NCBI GenBank assembly: GCA_903854455.1 | Contig: CAINWJ010000159.1 | Location: forward strand, 1-44,661 | Direction: 5' to 3' | Source of the DNA: Candidatus Peribacteria bacterium | GTDB taxonomy: Bacteria > Patescibacteriota > Gracilibacteria > Peribacterales > Peribacteraceae | Length of the DNA: 44,661 bases | In this document: positions 1 through 9,196 of the stretch, piece after piece | Numbering within the stretch: position 1 is the first letter of the stretch | How the letters are laid out: the number at the start of each line of letters is the position of its first letter | The notes under the pieces: model-generated | Database searches by the model: none | What the model saw: only the letters and a program-made list of their open reading frames with translations | Told to the model about the DNA's origin: nothing | Translations under genes and position numbers: made by a program

Positions 1-240
1 CTCACATTCCAGAAAGGAGCAAGAAAGTTGAACAAGACTTAAGAATACATTTATTATACTTAGAATTTGGCTTGTTTGTAATGATATTTAGATTATTTAG
101 CATGAATATTTCCAATTTATTGAACACAATATTTATACAGATAATCAGACTAAATTATTTCAGAGTACTACTTTGGTATACAGATAACGAACAAAGGGGG
201 AGCTGGCAAAAATACAAAGAAAGTGCTAGAATGAAACGAT

Positions 241-2034
241 ATGTTTGGATTCAATAAAAAAATCATCATAAGCATTTTCTCAATCCTTGTGATCCTTCTG
301 GCTCACAGCGAAATCGGTATGTTCAACATTGTCCATGCACAGAATGCCAATTCCTTGGGAGTCGATAAAGCAGGAATTCAGAGCCTTGTCTCGAACATCG
401 CAGTCATCAATACATTTCTCTACGTCATTCTGCTTGTGGGTCTCAATATGATGCAATACCTGATGTCCTCCGACTTCTTTAGCAATGGAACGATGATGGG
501 AGCGCTGAATACCATTTGGATCCTCTCGAGAGATATCGTGAACGTGATATTCGCACTCATGCTGGTAGGTGTTGCGGTATATACCATCGTCACTGCGGAT
601 GCCAAGTTCGTAAAAGAGAAACTTGTTCACTTCCTCATGGCTGTAGTGCTGGTCAACTTCTCGTGGTTCTTCCCACGTGTCATCATCGATGTGTCGAATA
701 TCCTAACTGCAACAGTCTTCTCGATCCCCCAGCTGCTGCCCGCAGGCAGTCAGTGCCGGATGATCGGACCGGACGGTAAGCAGGCGGATTGTGACGTGCT
801 CGTCGACAGCATGATCCTGGGAAATGCCAAACAAATGGATGAGTGGTGTACCAAAGTAGAGCCAAAGGAGAAGAAGGGAGAAACGGATTGTTTCCGAAAT
901 GCAGGTTTCTACGCTTGGAAGCGTCAAAAAATGGACTTTGCCATGAAGAACGGCACGATGACACCGTCCACTGCGATGCTCAACGGTCTGGTCATCAGTT
1001 TCGTAAAGGTAACACAGCTATCCAAGGTTCCGCAGATGAGCGTGGGGTGGACAGCTCCGACCGGCACCGCCGATGACTACAAGACGGCATTGAACATCCT
1101 GATCATCATCCTGATGACATTCGTGTTCCTGCTGGCAACCATCCTCCCCATCCTGGGCCTGGCCCTGGGATTCCTCATTAGAATCGTCATCATCTGGATG
1201 TGCATCGCATTCATGCCGTTCACATTCATCGGTTTGGCAGTAAAAGGAAGTCTGACCACCGAGGTCTTTGGTTTCGAAGTTAATCTCTGGAAGCAGTTCA
1301 CATCAGCGGTATTTCTCCCTGCCATCGTTGGAGTTCCCATTGCCATCGGCTTCGTAATGATGTCGACTGTTGCGACGATCCCTCCTCCGCCGAACTTCCC
1401 GCAGAACTTCGGTCTGCCACTCATGGGTGGAGTCGCGAACTGGTGGGCGCTGCTCTGGATGGTCGCCGCTACGGGAATCCTCTGGACGGGTGCATTTACA
1501 GCGCTCAAGAAAAACAATATCGTCGGAAAGTTTGCAGAACCGCTGCAGAACTTCGGACAGGGCATCTTCAACGCCGCCAAGCAGGTCCCGCTCCTCACAC
1601 CGCTGCCCATCCCTCTCATGCCTGCAGGATCCAACGTCGGTACGGCACTCAATAGTGCCAAGATTACCGGGGACTTCATCCGCATGCGCACATCAAGACC
1701 GGACAGCCGGGGCCTTGTGCCGGCATTCAAAGAATTCATCGGTGCCCGACCTGATGCGGCTGCGATCGGCAATAAGCTGGATAAAGGACAAGTCGATAGA
1801 ATTGTTGGAGCTATCGACAGAATTAAGGGCACCACTGATCCAGCTCAACTTTCAACGTTGATAAAAAGTGATTTACAAACGCTCGTTCCCGCAACGAGCA
1901 GAATGGAACCGCGGGAAGCAGCAGAATTCTTCAGAGATATGGCTCAAAGAAGTAATGCCACTGACACAAAAAATACGCCACTATCAACAAAGAAAGGTGA
2001 TCTCGATGCCATTCTCGCAAAATTGCCTAAATAG
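241..2034 (+). CDS. Secreted/polytopic membrane protein, function unknown (597 aa)
   Basis: Long ORF. It has an N-terminal signal-like segment (IIISIFSILVILLAHS) followed by many hydrophobic helices. It also has a Cys-containing hydrophilic loop, a proline patch (IPPPPNFPQNFGLP) and a hydrophilic C-terminal tail. The architecture is reminiscent of VirB6/TrbL-type proteins, but homology cannot be verified by eye. Confidence 0.7.
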   Translation: MFGFNKKIIISIFSILVILLAHSEIGMFNIVHAQNANSLGVDKAGIQSLVSNIAVINTFLYVILLVGLNMMQYLMSSDFFSNGTMMGALNTIWILSRDIVNVIFALMLVGVAVYTIVTADAKFVKEKLVHFLMAVVLVNFSWFFPRVIIDVSNILTATVFSIPQLLPAGSQCRMIGPDGKQADCDVLVDSMILGNAKQMDEWCTKVEPKEKKGETDCFRNAGFYAWKRQKMDFAMKNGTMTPSTAMLNGLVISFVKVTQLSKVPQMSVGWTAPTGTADDYKTALNILIIILMTFVFLLATILPILGLALGFLIRIVIIWMCIAFMPFTFIGLAVKGSLTTEVFGFEVNLWKQFTSAVFLPAIVGVPIAIGFVMMSTVATIPPPPNFPQNFGLPLMGGVANWWALLWMVAATGILWTGAFTALKKNNIVGKFAEPLQNFGQGIFNAAKQVPLLTPLPIPLMPAGSNVGTALNSAKITGDFIRMRTSRPDSRGLVPAFKEFIGARPDAAAIGNKLDKGQVDRIVGAIDRIKGTTDPAQLSTLIKSDLQTLVPATSRMEPREAAEFFRDMAQRSNATDTKNTPLSTKKGDLDAILAKLPK

Positions 2035-2065
2035 TTACATGTAAATTCTGACAACCTGCACACCC

Positions 2066-3322
2066 ATGCCCGACATCGAAACTCCTGCGCAGGCGAACGA
2101 AGAAACCGTCAATGTCGTGAAGGAGCAATTCAGGCAACTGGACGACCTCATCGACAAGACACATCCAAAATACAAAGAATACGAAAAGCTGCAGAATAAT
2201 GCACAGCAGACGTTCCAGCGAATGGAGAAGATGCTCACCATGCCGGGTGTATCCGCTGAAAACTTCAGGGCATTCGTCAATGGAGCAAGGGATCTGCAGA
2301 AGCTTTACGAACAATGCGTGAACATCCATGCAGAGATGGTGTATGACAAACTGAAACGAACGTTCAACGTGGACAAAACATCCACCGTAGAGAAAACACT
2401 CTTCAGTGAGGTACGAACCGCTTTCGGACCATTCCAATCAGATGAATTCAAAAGCATCGAAGCTCGTCTCCAGACGATCAGTGAAACAGCATCAAAACAA
2501 CCTGTCGATATGCTGAATGGAACCGCGGAAGGCGGTGCTGTGGGGTACTACTATTTAGACAGGGCAACGGGGAAGATTTTCCCGAACTTCCGGAAGCTGG
2601 AAGGAGACATACAGTCCCTGGAGGAAGACGAGAAGACCTTCATCGCACAATTGGGACCCGGCGCCACGGGAAAGCATGCGCAGCGCGTACTGCAAATCAT
2701 TGGCAAACTGAAAGCCGGTCTGCAGGAAATTCAGCGCATCGATCCACAGTCACTAGAAATCTGGAAATGGCAGCAGTCACTGAACATCGATCATGACATG
2801 CGCCCGCTGCGCCTCATGCTGATGGTCTCGGGCGGACTGTGTTCCGTTCTGGGTATCGGTATGGCATTGAAAGGAAAAGGAATAAGCCCGTCCACCGGAC
2901 TCTGGATGACCGTTGCCGTCCTCGCTGCCAGACCGGACCTCTTCCGGGGTGGTGACGAGAAAGTCCTGGAAAGCATCCGTGCGCTGGATCACGAAAAACT
3001 CCATGAATTCCTGACCGAGCATGACTGGAAAGATGACAAAGGCATCGCAGCATTCAAGCAAATCCAAGATGTACGTGAGGATGAGACGTTCATCGGTCTT
3101 GTCGGACAAAATACAGTGAACAAGCTGCAGATCGAACAGCTCTTCAAAAAGAAGAGCCCGGCATTCGAGCTGCTCACAAGTGACAAAATGTCTGACAGCA
3201 ACCGTGCCGAGGCGCTTCATTTGTTCGGCAGCAAGTATGATGACGGTCAGAAAGAAATGATCGAATGGACGCTCAGGCTGGGGGAATTTGGGATCGCCAA
3301 AGCAGCAGCAGGAACACTGTGA
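2066..3322 (+). CDS. Hypothetical protein with charged coiled-coil-like N-terminus and central transmembrane hairpin (418 aa)
   Basis: The ORF starts 31 nt after the previous stop. It has two adjacent hydrophobic helices (LRLMLMVSGGLCSVLGIGMAL and GLWMTVAVLAA) flanked by charged regions. No family was recognised. Confidence 0.65.
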   Translation: MPDIETPAQANEETVNVVKEQFRQLDDLIDKTHPKYKEYEKLQNNAQQTFQRMEKMLTMPGVSAENFRAFVNGARDLQKLYEQCVNIHAEMVYDKLKRTFNVDKTSTVEKTLFSEVRTAFGPFQSDEFKSIEARLQTISETASKQPVDMLNGTAEGGAVGYYYLDRATGKIFPNFRKLEGDIQSLEEDEKTFIAQLGPGATGKHAQRVLQIIGKLKAGLQEIQRIDPQSLEIWKWQQSLNIDHDMRPLRLMLMVSGGLCSVLGIGMALKGKGISPSTGLWMTVAVLAARPDLFRGGDEKVLESIRALDHEKLHEFLTEHDWKDDKGIAAFKQIQDVREDETFIGLVGQNTVNKLQIEQLFKKKSPAFELLTSDKMSDSNRAEALHLFGSKYDDGQKEMIEWTLRLGEFGIAKAAAGTL

Positions 3323-3397
3323 CAGGAGTGGTCAGCGATCTGTAATAGTTCGCAGAGATCTTTTCTGCTACATGATTAAGCTGACCGCTGACCGCTG

Positions 3398-5659
3398 CTA
3401 CGCCACCTTCGTGAACTCCTTCGTGAACGCCTCCAGGATATCCCCTGTTTCGATGGTCGAGGTACAGGTGACGCGCATGCCGCACTCGGAACCCTCCTTG
3501 GCTTCCTTGATGTCCTTCTCGACGTGCTTGAGCGATGTGATGCGACCGGTACCGGCAAGCTGCTCCCCACGCATCAGCCTGAACGGCGTACGCTTGAGGT
3601 AGCCGTCTGCAACTTTGCCTCCGATGATTTGCTCGCTGCCCTTGGTGAAGAAGACACCACGAACTTCCAGATGTCCGGTGACACGCTCCTCCTCCACCGG
3701 AACGATCAGACCCTTGAGCAGCAACTCCAGATCCTCGAGCAGCTTGTAGATGATGTCGTACTGCTTGACCGCCACACCTTCACGATCCGCGGTCTTGTGG
3801 ACGGCGGAGGGAACATCTGCGTTGAACCCGACGACGATGGCACCACCGGCGGCAGCCATCATGACATCACTTTCCGTCACATCGCCAACAGCCGCATGAA
3901 TGACCTTGGGATGCACCTTCTCCGTCGTGAGTTTCCTCATAGCTTCCTGGATGGACTCCAGTGATCCCTGTGCATCGGCCTTGAGAATGATCTTGAGTTC
4001 CTTGAGCTTGCCTTCAGAGAGACGGCTCACCAGATCCGCAAAACCGTGCTTGGCTTCACGGCCACGCGATTCCTGGTAGGCAGTGAGATAATCCTTGAGC
4101 TCCCGATCTGTTGCGAAGACCTGCAGAATATCTCCCGCCTGAGGTAGCTTACCAAGCCCCGCGACAACAGCCGGTCCCGACGGACCGACATGATCGATGC
4201 GCTCCGTGCGCTCATCGAATAGCGCTTTCACACGACCATCCACGCCGCCGCATCCGATGATATCGCCGACAGCCAGCGTGCCAGTATTGACGATCACGGT
4301 AGCCAACGGTCCGCGGGATTTGTCGAGGTGACTCTCGATCACGGTTGCGATCGCCGGACGTGAAACATTTGCCTTCAGTTCCTCCATCTCAGCGACAAGT
4401 AGAATGTGCTCGAGAAGCTCCGGAATCCCCTGCTTGGTCACGGCGGAACATGGAATGACCGGGACAGTGCCGCCCCAATCCTCCGGCTGCAATCCCTGAC
4501 CGGCGAGCTCGCCTTTCACACGCTCGGGATCGGCATTGGGACGATCGATCTTGTTGAGTGCGACGATGATGGGCACCTCGGCGTCCTTGGCATGGTTGAT
4601 GGCTTCGATGGTCGTCGGCTTCACACCTTCCTCAGCTGAAACGACCAGAATGGCGATGTCGGTGAGCTGTGCGCCCCTGGCACGCATGGCGGTGAATGCC
4701 TCGTGACCCGGTGTATCGATGAACGTGATGGGCTTGCCCTCGTGGATCACCTGATACGCACCGACGTGCTGCGTGATGCCTCCAGCTTCACCGGCAACAA
4801 CGTTGGCATGACGAATGGCATCCAAAATCGCTGTCTTGCCGTGGTCGACGTGACCCATGACGGTCACGATGGGAGCACGCGGTGTGAGCTTGGCAGGATC
4901 ATCTTCCTTGGTCAGAGTCGCCAAGTCATTGTGCAGCAGCGCCTCCACCGAGACGGAGCCGACGTCCCGCTCCACCGTGACACCCAGCTCCAGCGCAACG
5001 ATGGATGCCGTCTCGAAGTCGATCTGCTGGTTGATGGTCGCCATGACGCCGCTCTTCATGAGTGCACCGATGACGCGCGGAACCTGGATACCCGCTTTCT
5101 CGGCAAATTCTTTGACCGTGATGCTGGAAGGAAGCAAAACAGGACCGGACTTCTGCTTGATCTGGACCTGATGATCGGGATTCGACTTACGATTCAATTG
5201 CTTGAGGAGCTTGTTCTCGACGAGCCGCTGCTCCAGTTCTTCCTTACTCAAGACCTTGGGTCGCTTCATCTCCCGCGCCATCGCCTGCTTCTGACGATCG
5301 ACCGCTGCCTGGGACACGTTCTCCAGTGTCAGCTTGCGCATGATGTTGAGATTCTCAGGCTTCAGCACTTTGGGTGCGGCCTGTTCAGAAGTGACAGGAG
5401 TATCGGTAGACGCAGCTGCTTCCTCCGGCTTCTCATCCTCCTCATCACCTGCCTCTTTCTTGCCGGTACGGATAGCTTCGACCGCCTCCCAATCAACGTT
5501 GATTTTGCGCTTGTTGGCGACAAACCGGATGACACCCATCGCCAGTCCGTCAGCCACTTCACGGTCCGTCGGACGGACACCGAAATCGACCTGCGTCAGT
5601 TCATGACGGAGCTCCTGTCCACTGATGCCGAGGATTTTTGCAACCTGAACGAGACGCAT
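3398..5659 (-). CDS. infB: Translation initiation factor IF-2
   Basis: GTPase motifs [16 protein letters not shown] and NKID are present. The N-terminal helix [12 protein letters not shown] is IF2-N-like. It is 753 aa and full length. Confidence 0.97.
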   Translation of the reverse strand: MRLVQVAKILGISGQELRHELTQVDFGVRPTDREVADGLAMGVIRFVANKRKINVDWEAVEAIRTGKKEAGDEEDEKPEEAAASTDTPVTSEQAAPKVLKPENLNIMRKLTLENVSQAAVDRQKQAMAREMKRPKVLSKEELEQRLVENKLLKQLNRKSNPDHQVQIKQKSGPVLLPSSITVKEFAEKAGIQVPRVIGALMKSGVMATINQQIDFETASIVALELGVTVERDVGSVSVEALLHNDLATLTKEDDPAKLTPRAPIVTVMGHVDHGKTAILDAIRHANVVAGEAGGITQHVGAYQVIHEGKPITFIDTPGHEAFTAMRARGAQLTDIAILVVSAEEGVKPTTIEAINHAKDAEVPIIVALNKIDRPNADPERVKGELAGQGLQPEDWGGTVPVIPCSAVTKQGIPELLEHILLVAEMEELKANVSRPAIATVIESHLDKSRGPLATVIVNTGTLAVGDIIGCGGVDGRVKALFDERTERIDHVGPSGPAVVAGLGKLPQAGDILQVFATDRELKDYLTAYQESRGREAKHGFADLVSRLSEGKLKELKIILKADAQGSLESIQEAMRKLTTEKVHPKVIHAAVGDVTESDVMMAAAGGAIVVGFNADVPSAVHKTADREGVAVKQYDIIYKLLEDLELLLKGLIVPVEEERVTGHLEVRGVFFTKGSEQIIGGKVADGYLKRTPFRLMRGEQLAGTGRITSLKHVEKDIKEAKEGSECGMRVTCTSTIETGDILEAFTKEFTKVA

Positions 5660-5711
5660 GTGCGAGGCAAGAGTAGCACGGAGGAGGCGCTCGGTGATAG
5701 TGGCTTCGTGA

Positions 5712-5796
5712 GAGGGTCAGGTATCAGGGTCAGGGTCAGGGAACGCGCATGGAAAATTGAGAGGTCAATCCTGACCCCGACCCTCACCCTGACCCT
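5712..5796. repeat. Low-complexity inverted repeat, GGGTCAGG family
   Basis: G-arm 5712-5741 (gagggtcaggtatcagggtcagggtcaggg). C-arm 5770-5796 (cctgaccccgaccctcaccctgaccct). The loop is about 28 nt. It lies between the nrnA-like stop (5795, inside the C-arm) and the infB start (5659). Confidence 0.85.
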
Positions 5797-7102
5797 ACTT
5801 ATTCAACTCCCCAACCACATCAATCGCTGGTTTAGATGGCGTTGATGGCTTCGGCGCTTCCTGAGGCACTGACGCAGAAACGGGCTTCGTCACCACCGGA
5901 GCTTTCACAGCAACGCGCTCCACCCGCTCCCCTTCGCCACGCTGACGCAAGGCTTCCACCTTCATCTGCTGGATGCACTCGACGACCTTGAGCTGGAAGT
6001 TCGGGTACTGCTTCACTTTGAATCCGGACGCACGCGCATGACCACCGCCGCCGAAGAGTCTGCCTGCCATGACGTTCACATCGATCGCGGCGGAGGACCG
6101 GAGACTCGCCTTGAATCCGCCATCCTCGACCTCGGTGAACAGTGCGTGGACGTCGGCATCCGGAACCGTCGTAATCAATTCGTCTAAAATCCCCTGCGTC
6201 TCCTTCGACGTCGCCGCCATCTCCGCGAAGTCATCGCGACTGACAGTCGACCAGACGATGCGCGCCTCGGGGTCAACCTGGATCCGGTTCAGTGCACGAC
6301 CCCAGATCTTCAGGGTCGAGAGCGGCTTGGTCTTGTATACGTGCTGAATAATCTCCTGCTGCCGTGCGCCCATATCCAGCAGATTGGCAGCAACCTCGAG
6401 AGACCGCGGTGTGGTATTCGGATTCTGAAAACTGCGAGTATCGGTGATCAATCCCGTGAGAAGTAAGGTAGCGATATCCGCCGTGACCTTGTCCTTCCAC
6501 TGGGGCGTTGCCATGAACCAGTGATACAGAACTTCGGTAGCACTGGCGGACGTGGGGTCGATGAGATGCGTCTGACCGAACGCTGAATTGCTGATGTGAT
6601 GGTCGACGTTGAGGATGGGCACGTTCGAGAATAGTTCCGTGTGCTCCGTGTACGTGGAGCCAAGCAACGTGAGATCGGCGGTATCGATGACGAGGATGAG
6701 GTCATACTTGGAGCCATCGGAGAACACTGAGACGTTCTTCGGATTGATCCTCCCCTTCTTCGGCATCACGATGATGTTCACCTTGGAGTCCTCAACGGTG
6801 TACCGGAGCTTCTCGATCTCGACGCCATTGGAGCAATCAAGCGTGATGATGCACTCCTGCTCCTCCTTGAGTGTGGTGGAGAGCATCTCCGCATTCGGCA
6901 GAAACTTGAGCGACTCCGGCAGCGTATCAGCACACACCACGGTGCACTCCTTTCCAAGTGAGCGAAACAGCGAATAGCACGCCAGCGCACTCCCGAGTGC
7001 ATCAGGATCAGGATTGGCATGCGGCAGGATGAGGATCTTCTGCGCGTGCTCGATGATCGTCGTGGCCGTCTGGATATCGGTAGAACTCAAGGGCATAGAC
7101 AA
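5795..7102 (-). CDS. nrnA: DHH/DHHA1 family phosphoesterase (NrnA-like oligoribonuclease/pAp phosphatase) with C-terminal extension
   Basis: DHH motif NVDHHISN, DHHA1 motif GGGHARASG and an N-terminal HANPDPDALGS motif are present. A Pro/Val/Ser-rich tail of about 100 aa follows the catalytic core. Confidence 0.82.
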   Translation of the reverse strand: MSMPLSSTDIQTATTIIEHAQKILILPHANPDPDALGSALACYSLFRSLGKECTVVCADTLPESLKFLPNAEMLSTTLKEEQECIITLDCSNGVEIEKLRYTVEDSKVNIIVMPKKGRINPKNVSVFSDGSKYDLILVIDTADLTLLGSTYTEHTELFSNVPILNVDHHISNSAFGQTHLIDPTSASATEVLYHWFMATPQWKDKVTADIATLLLTGLITDTRSFQNPNTTPRSLEVAANLLDMGARQQEIIQHVYKTKPLSTLKIWGRALNRIQVDPEARIVWSTVSRDDFAEMAATSKETQGILDELITTVPDADVHALFTEVEDGGFKASLRSSAAIDVNVMAGRLFGGGGHARASGFKVKQYPNFQLKVVECIQQMKVEALRQRGEGERVERVAVKAPVVTKPVSASVPQEAPKPSTPSKPAIDVVGELNK

Positions 7103-7254
7103 GTGTTCTTACTATTGTAACATAATATTATTAGATAATCAAGTATAGGTTCTGTCTAGTGAGGGGGAAAAGGGCGAGATCGTACAGCAAAGGAGCGGCT
7201 CGTGCCAGAGGAAAGGATCGCTCCGATTGCAACAACAACCCTCATTTATCGAAG

Positions 7255-7273
7255 CTGCGACATCGTGTCGCAG
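7255..7273. other. Perfect 8-bp stem / 3-nt loop hairpin ctgcgaca-tcg-tgtcgcag
   Basis: Read directly from the sequence. It lies 20 nt beyond the 3' end of tRNA-Pro on the minus strand. The same 8-nt stem halves recur at 35919-35926 and 35962-35969. Confidence 0.6.
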
Positions 7274-7293
7274 ACATTTGCTACAAATTATGA

Positions 7294-7369
7294 TGGTCGG
7301 GGTGCAGGGACTCGAACCCTGGGTCTCCAGACCCCCAGCCTGGCGCTTTACCAACTAAGCTACACCCCG
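7294..7369 (-). tRNA. tRNA-Pro (anticodon GGG), CCA encoded
   Basis: Hand-folded cloverleaf on the minus strand. Acceptor CGGGGTG/CACCCCG, D-arm GCTT/AAGC, anticodon stem CCAGG/TCTGG with loop CTGGGGG, and T-arm CAGGG-TTCGAGT-CCCTG. Discriminator A is followed by CCA. Confidence 0.93.
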
Positions 7370-7373
7370 AACG

Positions 7374-7462
7374 GAGCGGTAAGCGGCAAGCGCAGAAATA
7401 TTGGGGATGCCTGACGCAACTCAATCTTAGCGCTGATCGCTAATCGCTGAAAGCTAATCGCT
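7374..7462. repeat. Low-complexity inverted repeat, AGCGGTAA/CGCTAATC family
   Basis: Left arm 7374-7393 (gagcggtaagcggcaagcgc). Right arm 7430-7449 (gcgctgatcgctaatcgctg), continuing as aaagctaatcgct to 7462. Hand pairing gives 16/20 positions paired, counting G.T. Confidence 0.65.
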
Positions 7463-7468
7463 CCTCCG

Positions 7469-9148
7469 TCAGTACACTTCTTTCAGATAGCAGGATTCAC
7501 AATACACAATCTCCGGACGCTCGGGGGCATAGGTGGACTCCATCGTAATGCCACATTTGAAGCAGCACCGCTTCCATATTTTGCGCGGATTCCTGAGCGC
7601 CATCCTTTGTCTATGACGCTCATCGGGATGGATGCGCGGTACGGGCAATTTCATCTCACGGTAGAAATCCAACTCCTTCCTGATAATCCTAAATGGGCGC
7701 GCTGTGACCTCACAACGAATCGCCCACTGCAAAATATCATCAGGAACAGCATCAATCGAATCCGGCAGATGCTTCCCGTCAATCACTTTCTGGACATTCG
7801 GCAGTTCATCACTCGCCTCTCTCCATTTCCAACCTCGCCTCAGAGCCTCCTCCTTCCGTAAAGGGAAATATTCGTTCGCGACGGTTTCGTTATACATAAA
7901 GCGGGATAGCATCACAGGAAAGAACTCACCCCACTCCTCGTCTGCCCGCATCTTCTGAATGATCCGCAAAACGAGCCTTTCGTACTCAGCCTCGGTGTAC
8001 TGCTTATTCAGAATGCAGAACTCGTTGCGCTTCAGTCCGACACAGCCGAAGAGATGACACGAGTTATAGCAATGATCGCAGTAGACCAATGACGTAGTTT
8101 CGGCACCGAATACACAGAAGAGATCGTTGTAACCTTTTGGGAAGATCTCAACCGCCTCATAGCTCAATTCGCAAAAACCTGTCTCATTACAATCCTGACA
8201 ATCCCTACAACCGACACCATCGCAGATGAAACGGCAATCCTGAGAATCCTGCGTATTGAAAGCCTGCGTGACGTTTCTGGACATGGAAATGTAATCACCT
8301 TCACACCCTTCACATTGACGTGAATGAACCGCTCGATGGTGCGCCTTCTGACGCAACCCCGCGAATTTCGCCTGCGCAGCCAGGACGACCACCTCATCTC
8401 CTTGAAGGAATTGTCGGAGCTTCGCTTTGAATTCTTCGGGGGAATACTGGATATTTTCTATGCAATAAGATTTGCCACGGAGCTGTGAGCAGAGAATGCA
8501 ATCATGACAACCGGTACAGTCGTAGCACCAAGCGCACGACGAACAGTTCTCACAATCAATACAGTAACGGCAGGTATCGCACTGCTGGAAATTCAAACAT
8601 TGATAACAACGCCGGCTCCCGATCCCCACACTGCAATCGAAGCAGTCCGTACACTTCTGCAAGCTGGAGACAAAGCAACAATCCTCATTGTAGTCACTGG
8701 AGAAAAGCAAATAACAATTCTTGTTGTACCCACAGACGTTTGTGTACTCGCTGTTCTCATTCTGGAAATAGGCAAGATTGCGGCGCGGGACGCGATCCAT
8801 CAGTTCAGCGATCTGCCCGAAGAAGGGACGACTCTCATCAAACGGTTTCCCGTACGAAAGCGGATCCCACCCATCTCCCCACCACTCTTTCTGCTCATAT
8901 ACGGGAAACTTCGTCTCGGGTGCGTACATGGAAATGATCTCCTTGCCGGTAGCATCGCACTTCCTCTTATACAGCGTTCGTTCATTGCGGAATGCAAGAC
9001 GTCGCTGCTGACGACAGTCGGGGCAGAGCTTTGGTGGAGGGATCAACTCCTTCTTTCCATTGAACACCGGCGAAAGCTTCTCGAGAAACACGAGGTCTTC
9101 AGGCGTAATCTCGAAACCGATGGAGCACTGCAGGCAGGTTTTCTGCAT
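7469..9148 (-). CDS. Cysteine-rich protein (46 Cys in 559 aa) with related Zn-ribbon-like modules at both termini
   Basis: N-terminal and C-terminal modules align with each other (F.I...EL.F....P.P..CPDCR.QRR.A.RN.R...KR.C..G...S.YAPE...VY). Two central blocks are dense in CxxC, for example CDTCRYCIDCENCSSCAWCYDCTGCHDCILC. No family name was recognised. Confidence 0.8.
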   Translation of the reverse strand: MQKTCLQCSIGFEITPEDLVFLEKLSPVFNGKKELIPPPKLCPDCRQQRRLAFRNERTLYKRKCDATGKEIISMYAPETKFPVYEQKEWWGDGWDPLSYGKPFDESRPFFGQIAELMDRVPRRNLAYFQNENSEYTNVCGYNKNCYLLFSSDYNEDCCFVSSLQKCTDCFDCSVGIGSRRCYQCLNFQQCDTCRYCIDCENCSSCAWCYDCTGCHDCILCSQLRGKSYCIENIQYSPEEFKAKLRQFLQGDEVVVLAAQAKFAGLRQKAHHRAVHSRQCEGCEGDYISMSRNVTQAFNTQDSQDCRFICDGVGCRDCQDCNETGFCELSYEAVEIFPKGYNDLFCVFGAETTSLVYCDHCYNSCHLFGCVGLKRNEFCILNKQYTEAEYERLVLRIIQKMRADEEWGEFFPVMLSRFMYNETVANEYFPLRKEEALRRGWKWREASDELPNVQKVIDGKHLPDSIDAVPDDILQWAIRCEVTARPFRIIRKELDFYREMKLPVPRIHPDERHRQRMALRNPRKIWKRCCFKCGITMESTYAPERPEIVYCESCYLKEVY

Positions 9149-9149
9149 A

Positions 9150-9196
9150 CTCGGATTATATACCGAGATGCTGATCGCTTACCGCTAATCGCTTAC
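9150..9196. repeat. Small hairpin plus single arm of the CGCTAATC word family
   Basis: Hairpin ctcgg-attatata-ccgag spans 9150-9167. It is followed by gctgatcgcttaccgctaatcgcttac at 9170-9196. That arm has the same orientation and words as 7430-7462 on the other side of the Cys-rich gene, and it overlaps the eno stop. Confidence 0.6.

Noticed and set aside
72-257. 61-aa ORF in the AT-rich leader
   Set aside because: Its composition is AT-driven (Ile/Asn/Phe/Leu), it overlaps the start of the next gene, and there is no supporting signal.
3337-3368. Intrinsic terminator after ORF 2066..3322 (gatct...agatc followed by ttttct)
   Set aside because: The stem is only 5 bp with a 14-nt loop, which is too weak to call. 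It is noted only as part of the weak GGTCAGC inverted repeat.
4703-5845. 380-aa ORF on the plus strand
   Set aside because: It is antisense to infB and runs through the GGGTCAGG repeat. No motifs are present, so it is a shadow ORF.
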